Shown here: positions 9,388 to 16,259 of the stretch, piece after piece
Layout of the letters: each line of letters starts with the position of its first letter
Position numbering within the stretch: position 1 is the stretch's first letter
Assembly: GCA_028276785.1 (NCBI GenBank)
Contig: JAPYVP010000007.1
Span: 1-25,110, forward strand
Length of the DNA stretch: 25,110 nucleotides
From: Candidatus Nanopusillus sp.
Lineage (GTDB): Archaea; Nanobdellota; Nanobdellia; Nanobdellales; Nanobdellaceae
Direction: 5' to 3'
Program-made: the position numbers and the translations under genes
The notes under the pieces: model-generated
Told to the model about the DNA's origin: nothing
The model's input: only the letters and a program-made list of their open reading frames with translations
Database searches by the model: none

Positions 9388-9620
9388 GTGTAGCCGTAGG
9401 CTGCTTTTAGTATATATTTTTCTAAGCGGACAGGCCTTGTACCGCCAGGACATACTTCTCAAGGTACATATACCCTCTCCAAGTTTACCCAGAGTTGCCT
9501 CCGGGTATTAACTCTTCATCTTCATTGGGTATATGCCCGTGATTTCTGGTTATGTAGCCAGGGGTTTCCCCCTCCGATTTCTCGGTGGCTTATCGGTAAG
9601 CAGACCTTCCTACGGCCACC
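9388..9620 (-). ncRNA. structured GC-rich non-coding RNA; candidate minimal RNase P RNA (family and strand unconfirmed)
   Basis: A 233-nt GC-rich island between AT-rich flanks. Its termini pair (9390-9400/9609-9619, extended by 9401-9406/9598-9603). A tight three-way junction at 9556-9590 has two 4-bp hairpins that carry GAAA tetraloops on the minus strand. There is a 9-10 bp helix at 9467-9475/9527-9535. RNase P-like CR-I/CR-IV/CR-V strings occur in the correct order on the minus strand. A TTTATATA box lies 22-29 nt upstream on the minus strand. Confidence 0.5.
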
Positions 9621-9651
9621 TTTTTATATATTTCTTCTAACTATATAAATT

Positions 9652-9810
9652 ATGTCGGACCGTACACCATTATTTGCATACCTTGGATTATATAAGTTTG
9701 GAAAAGAAAAATCAAAAATAAAGTTAAATAGAAATAAAATAATAATACTTATAATTGTTTTTGCGGCTTTAGTATATATTGCAAATATTTATATATCATG
9801 CCTAATTTAG
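9652..9810 (+). CDS. small hypothetical membrane protein (52 aa), not in the ORF track
   Basis: ATG at 9652 opens a stop-free 52-codon frame (MSDRTPLFAYLGLYKFGKEKSKIKLNRNKIIILIIVFAALVYIANIYISCLI) with one clear TM segment. Its end overlaps the start of the next gene. A stop-free run this long is unlikely by chance at this AT content. Confidence 0.3.
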   Translation: MSDRTPLFAYLGLYKFGKEKSKIKLNRNKIIILIIVFAALVYIANIYISCLI

Positions 9811-10250
9811 AAGAAGATTTAGAATATAATAGAAGATATAAGGAAGTTTTACATATATTTAATGTTTCATTAAAAAATAATAAAGGGTTGGAGACGGTTA
9901 AAAGTTTTATAAAAGCAGTTATTGAATATTATGACTATGCAATTGAATTATACTTTAAGAAATTATATGAAAATAAAAAGATTGATGAAATTCCAGATAG
10001 TCCAATCAAAAGATATAAAAAAATAATTGAAATTATAAAGGACAAAGAACTTGAAGAATCATTAAAGTATTATAAACTATTAAAACTTGCTTTAAATGCT
10101 GATGCAAAGATAATAAATGAATATAGAAAAAGTATGGTTATAAAATTTAGGACATTAAGTAGAGAAGAATTTGAAATAAATATAAAAATGTTAAAAGATA
10201 TTACAGAATCTGTTAAAAAATTTTCTACAATTATTAGTAAATACATATAA
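9798..10250 (+). CDS. hypothetical all-helical protein
   Basis: 150-aa ORF with an ATG start. Its stop overlaps the MinD-like start (TAATG), suggesting co-transcription. No diagnostic motif recognised. Confidence 0.6.
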   Translation: MPNLEEDLEYNRRYKEVLHIFNVSLKNNKGLETVKSFIKAVIEYYDYAIELYFKKLYENKKIDEIPDSPIKRYKKIIEIIKDKELEESLKYYKLLKLALNADAKIINEYRKSMVIKFRTLSREEFEINIKMLKDITESVKKFSTIISKYI

Positions 10251-11005
10251 TGGCAAAAGTATATACAATATCATCTGGAAAAGGTGGAGTAGGAAAAACC
10301 TTCTTTTCTATAAATTTATCTAGAGCTTTATCATTATTAAACTTTAAAACATTATTAATTGATTTTAACCTAAGTACACCAAATATATCAATAAATCTTG
10401 GATTGGGTAATGAAAACAACAATATACATAAATTTTTAAGGGGCGAAATTGATATAAATGACTGTATAAAAGAGTATAAAGAAAACTTTTATATAATTCC
10501 TGGAAGTTTGGATATAAAGGACTTAATATATATTTCTACAGAAAAATTACATAAAGGGATAATGAAGATATATGACGATTTCGATTATATTATCATAGAT
10601 TCTGCCGCTGGAATTGGCAAAGAAGCGGTAGAAGCATTAAAAGCTTCAGAAGAAGTAATATTGATAACAAATGTTGAGAAATCATCACTGATAGATGCAT
10701 ATAGAGTTACAAAAGTTTTGGATAATTTGGATATAAAAACTTTTGGAATTGTTTTAAATAAAATTAAAGGACGAGTAAATTATGTAAGAATTGAAAGCTT
10801 TTTTAAAAAACAAATAATTGGAGTAATTCATTATGATAAAAATGTGCAAATTTCAATGGATAAAGGTATACCTTTAATAGACTACAATATAAATTCTGTA
10901 GCATCCAAAGATATAATAAAAATTGCAGAAGAAATAACCGGAAAGAATTTGGAAATTAGAAATAGCCTCATAGATAATATATTGAAAATATTTAAATGGA
11001 GATAG
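10250..11005 (+). CDS. minD: MinD/ParA-family P-loop ATPase
   Basis: Deviant Walker A SGKGGVGKT at the N-terminus, a Walker B-like YIIIDSAAG, and a MinD-like length of 251 aa. Confidence 0.85.
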   Translation: MAKVYTISSGKGGVGKTFFSINLSRALSLLNFKTLLIDFNLSTPNISINLGLGNENNNIHKFLRGEIDINDCIKEYKENFYIIPGSLDIKDLIYISTEKLHKGIMKIYDDFDYIIIDSAAGIGKEAVEALKASEEVILITNVEKSSLIDAYRVTKVLDNLDIKTFGIVLNKIKGRVNYVRIESFFKKQIIGVIHYDKNVQISMDKGIPLIDYNINSVASKDIIKIAEEITGKNLEIRNSLIDNILKIFKWR

Positions 11006-11271
11006 ATTTTGAATTGGATAAAATATTTGAAATATTAGATAGAAAAAAATATAAAAAAGTATTATTACAATTTCCAGATGGATTAAAACCATATTCAAAA
11101 GAAGTATACGATAAAATAAAAGAAAAATATAAAGATCTTGAAATATATATTTGGTTTGGATCTGATTTTGGCGGATGTGATATACCAATATATTTAGATA
11201 AATATGGGTTTGATTTGATAGTTCATTTTGGCCATTCAAAATTTTATAAATTAAAGATAGATGAACAATAA
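10996..11271 (+). CDS. dph2: N-terminal fragment (~85 residues) of diphthamide synthase Dph2; split gene or truncated relic
   Basis: The 91-aa ORF carries Dph1/Dph2 N-terminal signatures: KKVLLQFPDGLK, FGGCD (first Fe-S cysteine ligand) and LIVHFGHS. Archaeal Dph2 is ~330-340 aa. No Dph2-like sequence follows in any frame downstream. Confidence 0.7.
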   Translation: MEIDFELDKIFEILDRKKYKKVLLQFPDGLKPYSKEVYDKIKEKYKDLEIYIWFGSDFGGCDIPIYLDKYGFDLIVHFGHSKFYKLKIDEQ

Positions 11272-11494
11272 CATATTTCTAATCTTGTCAATTATTTTCT
11301 TATTTATTTCAATAATTTTATTATTTATTTATTTATTGTCAAATTCTTCCAATACAAAATTTGCAGGATTGATATTAATAGGTCCAATACCAATATTAAT
11401 ATCAAACTCTTACCAACTATCAATTATATTATTAATCATATTAGTTATTATTTTGATCATTCTTATTATCTTCTTTTATAAGATAGTCATATAA
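11261..11494 (+). CDS. hypothetical small hydrophobic protein (possibly spurious)
   Basis: 77-aa I/L-rich ORF with two or three predicted TM stretches. It overlaps the Dph2-fragment stop and, convergently, the last 54 nt of the HAD gene. Confidence 0.3.
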   Translation: MNNNIFLILSIIFLFISIILLFIYLLSNSSNTKFAGLILIGPIPILISNSYQLSIILLIILVIILIILIIFFYKIVI

Positions 11495-12127
11495 TTCTTT
11501 TAAATTTTTAAATACCATTGTAGCACCAGCAGAAAGTAATTCTCTTTTTTTATTTACACCACTAGCAACTCCTATTACATTTATTCCGGCCCTTTTTGCA
11601 GCAATAACACCATATATTGAATCTTCTATTGCCAATATTTCATTTGGCAATAGTGAAAATTCTCTTACTATCTTAATATAACCTTCCGGATCTGGTTTTG
11701 TCTGCTTTACATCATCAGAAGTTATTATAAAATCAAATAAATTATCTATATGTAGATGTTTTAAAATCTCTATTGTTAATCTTCTAGTATTTGAAGTAAA
11801 AATTGCCATTTTATATTTTTTATCCTTAAAATAATTTAATATTTGTTTTGCTCCCGGGTTAAATTTTATCTTTTCTATATATTCATTTACTATTATATTC
11901 TCAAATTCTTTCTTTAAATCTTCAATTGATATACTTAAATTATATTTTCTTATTATATTATATATTATTTCTTCTAAGGGCATTCCAAAATTATCTAAAG
12001 ATCCATCTAAATTTATACCGTATTTTCCCAATACTTCTTTATGAACTTCATCATAAACCTTTAAGCTATTTATAAGTGTCCCATCCAGATCCAATACTAC
12101 TCCCTTTAGGTTATAAAATATAACCAT
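11441..12127 (-). CDS. HAD-superfamily hydrolase (phosphoglycolate phosphatase / beta-phosphoglucomutase-like subfamily)
   Basis: Motif I is VVLDLDGTLINS, motif II is AIFTSN, and motifs III/IV are K...AIEDSIYGVIAAKRAG. 228 aa with a low-complexity Asn-rich tail. Confidence 0.85.
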   Translation of the reverse strand: MVIFYNLKGVVLDLDGTLINSLKVYDEVHKEVLGKYGINLDGSLDNFGMPLEEIIYNIIRKYNLSISIEDLKKEFENIIVNEYIEKIKFNPGAKQILNYFKDKKYKMAIFTSNTRRLTIEILKHLHIDNLFDFIITSDDVKQTKPDPEGYIKIVREFSLLPNEILAIEDSIYGVIAAKRAGINVIGVASGVNKKRELLSAGATMVFKNLKELYDYLIKEDNKNDQNNN

Positions 12128-12166
12128 AATTATAATATTTTAAAGAAAGATATAAAATAATTAATT

Positions 12167-13207
12167 ATGATTAAAATAAGGGAGGAGATAAGAAAAATAA
12201 TAATTAACAATTATGTTAAGGAAGGAAAAGATCCACTTGATTCTATAATTGGACAAGAGAATGCAAAGAGACAAATATTATCTTCATTAATTTCTGGAAG
12301 AAATATATTAATAATTGGACCTCCAGGTACTGGAAAAACAACTTTAGCAAAAAATATAGCAAAACTATTGCCAGAAATAGATTTTCCGGATGGAATTCCG
12401 TTATGGGCATACGAAGAATTCCCTTTTGTCTCAGAAGAATATAGAAAAAAATGGAGAGAAGGTCCTTTTATAAAAATAAAAGGTGAAGATAGATTTATTA
12501 GAATACAGGGTTCTTATGATTTATCTATTGAAGATTTGATTGGAGATATTGATCCTTCAAAGGCACTAAAATATGGTATACATTCTCTAGAATCTTTTAT
12601 ACCAGGAAAAATATTTAGGGCGCATCATGGAGTATTGTTTTTTGATGAAATAAATAGGGCTCCTCCAAAAGTTCAAAATAGTTTATTAGAATTGTTAGAA
12701 GAAAAGAAAATAACAATTGGAACATATGAATTTCAAATACCATTGGATATAATATTTATTGCCACAATGAATCCTGAAAGTTATTATGGAACAGAAAAAA
12801 TATCTGATGTATTACTAGATAGATTCGATATAATAAATTTAGATTATCCAAAAGATATTGAAGAAGAAAAGAAAATTATATTAAAATATGGGAAAAGCTT
12901 AGATGTTAATTTTCCAGAAAAATTGTTGGAATTAACAATTGAATTTATACAAAAATTAAGAAAAGATGATAAATTGGAAAAGAAACCATCGGTTAGATCA
13001 ACAATTGGTATTTATGAAAAAGCCCAAGCATTAGCAATGATGGATAATAAAGAAAATGTTGAAATCCAACATATATTCGAATCTTTATTATCAATATTAC
13101 CTCACAGAATAAGATTAAAACCATCATATAAGATGGAAATGAATGAGGAGGAATATATAAAAACTCAATGGAATTCTTTCATAATTGGAAAAGACTTTCG
13201 GAGTTGA
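12167..13207 (+). CDS. AAA+ ATPase, MoxR/ChlI-like
   Basis: Walker A is GPPGTGKTT. Walker B and sensor region: GVLFFDEINRAPPKVQNSLLELLEEKKITI ... IFIATMNP. The C-terminal lid carries SVRSTIG. Confidence 0.85.
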   Translation: MIKIREEIRKIIINNYVKEGKDPLDSIIGQENAKRQILSSLISGRNILIIGPPGTGKTTLAKNIAKLLPEIDFPDGIPLWAYEEFPFVSEEYRKKWREGPFIKIKGEDRFIRIQGSYDLSIEDLIGDIDPSKALKYGIHSLESFIPGKIFRAHHGVLFFDEINRAPPKVQNSLLELLEEKKITIGTYEFQIPLDIIFIATMNPESYYGTEKISDVLLDRFDIINLDYPKDIEEEKKIILKYGKSLDVNFPEKLLELTIEFIQKLRKDDKLEKKPSVRSTIGIYEKAQALAMMDNKENVEIQHIFESLLSILPHRIRLKPSYKMEMNEEEYIKTQWNSFIIGKDFRS

Positions 13208-14279
13208 TTCAGAAAATTTAATAAATAGACCTGGAGAATCTTTTAAATATAGTTCAAAAGATATTAAAAAAAGTATAAACGAATTAATTGAAAAGATGAT
13301 AAAAGAAGGATATCCAATATTTGATATAGATAAAATTATGGAAAATAAAAAAGAATATTCTGATATACTATCAAAACTAACTGAATACGATGAAAAAAGA
13401 ATAAGAGAGGATAAAGATTATAGATTTAATAAGGAATTTAAAAAATCTCTAAACAAATTAAAGGAAATATTAATTAGTGAGGGGTATATAGATGAAACTG
13501 GAGAATTAACTGAGAAATCTTTAATGGAATATTCTAAATATTTAATAGGAAATATAGAAAAGGAAATTGAAGGAATATTTGAATATGGAAAATATCTATC
13601 ATATTATATTGGAAATGATGAAGAATTCTACAAGAAATATTTTAGTATAGGGGATAAATATAATAAAATTAATATAAAAGAAACAATAAGGAAATTTATA
13701 AGGAATAAAGATGTTGTAAGATTCATTGTTGATGTTAAAAGAGAAAGTAAAGGTGGTAAATATATAATTTTATTGGATGTATCTGGAAGCATGATTGGAG
13801 AGAAAATATTTGAAGCAAAAAAAGCTTTAATATTGTTAATATCAAAGATATTAGAGGATAATAATCTATTAGATATAATATTATTTAACGATAAGATTGT
13901 TAAAGAATATAATAATGTTAGAGGGTTGAAAGATGTAATAGATATACTAAAGATTATACCAAATGGAAGTACAGATATTGCTTTAGCATTTAATTATTTA
14001 TTAAATAAAGGGGAAAGGGGGCATATAATATTAATAACAGATGCATTGCCAACAAAAGGAAAAAATCCGGTAGAAAGAACTTTAAAGTTAGCTAAAGAAT
14101 TAAGTCAATATTATTATATATCAATAATTGGTATACAACTAAATAGTGAAGGGGAAAAAATTGCAAAAGAAATAGTAAAATATGGAAGAGGAAGATTGTT
14201 TATTTCCAAAGATATAAAAGATCTGAAAAAATTATTATTATTAGAATATGAAATATCTAGACAACAGATGATAAAATAG
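13185..14279 (+). CDS. von Willebrand factor A (VWA) domain protein, partner of the MoxR-like ATPase
   Basis: The C-terminal VWA domain has a MIDAS motif (ILLDVSGSM ... GSTDI ... ILITDALPT). The track start at 13185 is a TTG that overlaps the ATPase gene by 23 nt, so the true start is uncertain (next in-frame ATG at 13296). Confidence 0.78.
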   Translation: MEKTFGVDSENLINRPGESFKYSSKDIKKSINELIEKMIKEGYPIFDIDKIMENKKEYSDILSKLTEYDEKRIREDKDYRFNKEFKKSLNKLKEILISEGYIDETGELTEKSLMEYSKYLIGNIEKEIEGIFEYGKYLSYYIGNDEEFYKKYFSIGDKYNKINIKETIRKFIRNKDVVRFIVDVKRESKGGKYIILLDVSGSMIGEKIFEAKKALILLISKILEDNNLLDIILFNDKIVKEYNNVRGLKDVIDILKIIPNGSTDIALAFNYLLNKGERGHIILITDALPTKGKNPVERTLKLAKELSQYYYISIIGIQLNSEGEKIAKEIVKYGRGRLFISKDIKDLKKLLLLEYEISRQQMIK

Positions 14280-14814
14280 TTTCTTCAGGCTTATTTTCTC
14301 CTATATATTTCTTATATTTTCCTGACAATTTTTTTCTTGCAACATCTAAATAGAAACTTATTCTACTTGTAAATTCTTGCTTATTATAATATATTGATAA
14401 AATAATATCCTTATAAAATACTTGAGCAGCTCTTGTATATGGCTTTCCAAATGCGTGTCTCATTCCCTGTGAAATTCTATCTGCACCAGCACCATATACT
14501 AATGCATGTTCTCTTACAACATGATGTGGATATTTCCTTATAATGAATAAGAATTCTTTTACTTCACTTTCCAAGTATTTTAATATATTTGTTCTTACTG
14601 ATTCTAATGAATAATCGGATATTTGAACATTGTGTAATGCAATTAAATGACCTACATATTTCCATTGACTTTTTGGTATATCTGTTACTCCCATAATCTG
14701 CATCCTAAGTTTTGACACTGGAGCACCTGGAATTTTGTTATAAGACTTACTATATGAAAATCTTGTATAAGGTCTTTCTATTTCCTTAAATATTCTCCAG
14801 GGTCTCTTCGCCAT
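14257..14814 (-). CDS. rpl10e: 50S ribosomal protein uL16 (L10e)
   Basis: N-terminus MAKRPWRIFKEIERPYTR..IPGAPVSKLRMQIMG plus MRHAFGKPYTRAAQV, both typical of archaeal L10e. Its 3' end overlaps the convergent VWA gene by 23 nt. Confidence 0.9.
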   Translation of the reverse strand: MAKRPWRIFKEIERPYTRFSYSKSYNKIPGAPVSKLRMQIMGVTDIPKSQWKYVGHLIALHNVQISDYSLESVRTNILKYLESEVKEFLFIIRKYPHHVVREHALVYGAGADRISQGMRHAFGKPYTRAAQVFYKDIILSIYYNKQEFTSRISFYLDVARKKLSGKYKKYIGENKPEETILSSVV

Positions 14815-14815
14815 T

Positions 14816-15286
14816 TTATATCATTTTCTTTAATAATATATTTATATCTTTTCCATAGTATCCATACGCACCACCCAAACTATATGGGACTTTTATACCC
14901 TTTCTTGGATAGCCCCCCGACGGGGGTTTTAACCTAAATACTTTCTTTATTTTTGGTATTGCATCTAAATCAACTTCATTATTTAGTAATTTTTCAACAA
15001 ATGTATTAATATCCATACTTAATGTTTGCTTAATATAATCTTCTGTTAGTCTCTTATTTCCTTCCAATCTTCCTCTCTTTAACAATAATTCTTTTAATGT
15101 TTCTTTATCTATTTCCCCCCATGCAACCCATGGTTCAACTTTTTTTATCATTCCCCTTATATCTTTTGTATCTTTCATTATTATCGCATAATTATTTCTT
15201 CTCAATCTTAAAAGATATAATGTATCCTTTACTTCCTTATTTGCTTTAACAGTTCCCTTTATCCTTACAATTGCTAATAACCCCAT
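14816..15286 (-). CDS. rpl30: 50S ribosomal protein uL30 (L30p/L7e)
   Basis: MGLLAIVRIKGTVKANKEVKDTLYLLRLRRNNYAIIM is the uL30 signature. The track start at 15301 is a TTG codon. The ATG at 15286 gives the canonical N-terminus and removes the overlap with uS5. Confidence 0.9.
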   Translation of the reverse strand: MGLLAIVRIKGTVKANKEVKDTLYLLRLRRNNYAIIMKDTKDIRGMIKKVEPWVAWGEIDKETLKELLLKRGRLEGNKRLTEDYIKQTLSMDINTFVEKLLNNEVDLDAIPKIKKVFRLKPPSGGYPRKGIKVPYSLGGAYGYYGKDINILLKKMI

Positions 15287-15287
15287 T

Positions 15288-16046
15288 TTATACGAATCCA
15301 ATCTTTAATCCAGAATATTTGGCATATTCTTCCTTTATTCTATATTCAACTGTTTTTCTTAACGCATTATAAACTGCCATTGCAAAATTATATCTCCTTC
15401 TAGTCTGTCCAAAAGATTTCATCCATAAATCTTTTATACCGGCTAATCTAAATATTTTTTTCATTTCTTCAGGTGCTACCAATCCAACCCCTCTTGGAGC
15501 TGGTAATAATACAACTCTTACAGAACCATAAGATCCTTCAACTTTAAATGGCAAAGAATGTGGGGTCTTAAATGCACATTCCCATGATCCACAACCTCTC
15601 GCAATTGGTATAATATTTAGTTTTGCATTTCTTAATGCCTTTTCCATACATAGGGCAATATCTGAAGATTTTCCCATCCCTACCCCGACATATCCATTTT
15701 CATTTCCAACAACAGCAACAGAAACCCATGATGTTTTATTACCTTCAGCTGTTTTTCTTTGAACCATTTTTACAAACTTTGGTCTTCTATATTTACCTTT
15801 AGATAATGATAATCTAATATATTCATATTTTAAATCTGGTATTAGTGCATCCACAATTTCTGGTTCTAATATTTTATATCCTTTTTTAAATATTTGCTCA
15901 ATTGAATTTATTTTTCCTTCCTTTACCAATTTACCAAGGTTTGTTTTTGGATTCCAAGATTCTATATCAAATTTTTTTGCCCCTATTTTTTCCAAAGCCT
16001 CCTGTTCTTTTTTTATTTCTTCAACTTCTTTTTGTTCTTCTACCAT
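15288..16046 (-). CDS. rps5: 30S ribosomal protein uS5
   Basis: WVSVAVVGNENGYVGVGMGKSSDIALCMEKALRNAKLNIIPI and GSVRVVLLPAPRGVGLVA are uS5 motifs. There is a K/E-rich N-terminal extension. Confidence 0.95.
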   Translation of the reverse strand: MVEEQKEVEEIKKEQEALEKIGAKKFDIESWNPKTNLGKLVKEGKINSIEQIFKKGYKILEPEIVDALIPDLKYEYIRLSLSKGKYRRPKFVKMVQRKTAEGNKTSWVSVAVVGNENGYVGVGMGKSSDIALCMEKALRNAKLNIIPIARGCGSWECAFKTPHSLPFKVEGSYGSVRVVLLPAPRGVGLVAPEEMKKIFRLAGIKDLWMKSFGQTRRRYNFAMAVYNALRKTVEYRIKEEYAKYSGLKIGFV

Positions 16047-16204
16047 TTTCTTTTAAATTTATATGACCATGCATAGGCCCTTATTTTACTACTTCTTCCA
16101 AATCCACAATGTGAACAATATCCCTTATCGGGATTATACGTTTTTCTACCACATCTTCTACATATAACATGATTTACTTTATTTGTACCACCCAATCTTG
16201 TCAT
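16040..16204 (-). CDS. rpl37e: 50S ribosomal protein eL37 (L37e), zinc ribbon; absent from the supplied ORF track
   Basis: Manual minus-strand translation gives MTRLGGTNKVNHVICRRCGRKTYNPDKGYCSHCGFGRSSKIRAYAWSYKFKRKW (54 aa). It has the CxxC...CxxC pattern and the RxYxW tail of eL37. Its stop overlaps the uS5 start by 7 nt. Confidence 0.85.
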   Translation of the reverse strand: MTRLGGTNKVNHVICRRCGRKTYNPDKGYCSHCGFGRSSKIRAYAWSYKFKRKW

Positions 16205-16259
16205 TTAATGATAATATAAAGAAATATTTTTAAAGTAAATAAGGAACTTAAAATAATCA

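Noticed and set aside
9329-9511. A 60-aa ORF spanning the proS 3' end and the GC-rich island.
   Set aside because: It runs through the structured RNA region and has no coding features. The GC-rich segment is better explained as an RNA gene.
9388-9620. Alternative identities considered for the structured RNA: SRP (7S) RNA, 5S rRNA, an H/ACA guide RNA (an ACA triplet follows the terminal helix on the minus strand), or a tRNA.
   Set aside because: Archaeal SRP RNA is ~300 nt, and I could not find the helix 8 GGAA/AGCA motif or long helices 6 and 8. 5S is ~120-130 nt and the GAAGUUAAGC-type motif is absent. The architecture has no pseudouridylation pocket at the right distance from ACA. No cloverleaf is present. 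None of these is formally excluded without covariance-model searches.
14915-14937. A CCCCCGACGGGGG hairpin followed by TTTT on the plus strand, resembling an intrinsic terminator.
   Set aside because: It lies inside the uL30 coding sequence on the opposite strand, where it encodes KPPSGGYP. No plus-strand gene ends nearby. It is most likely a by-product of Pro/Gly codons.
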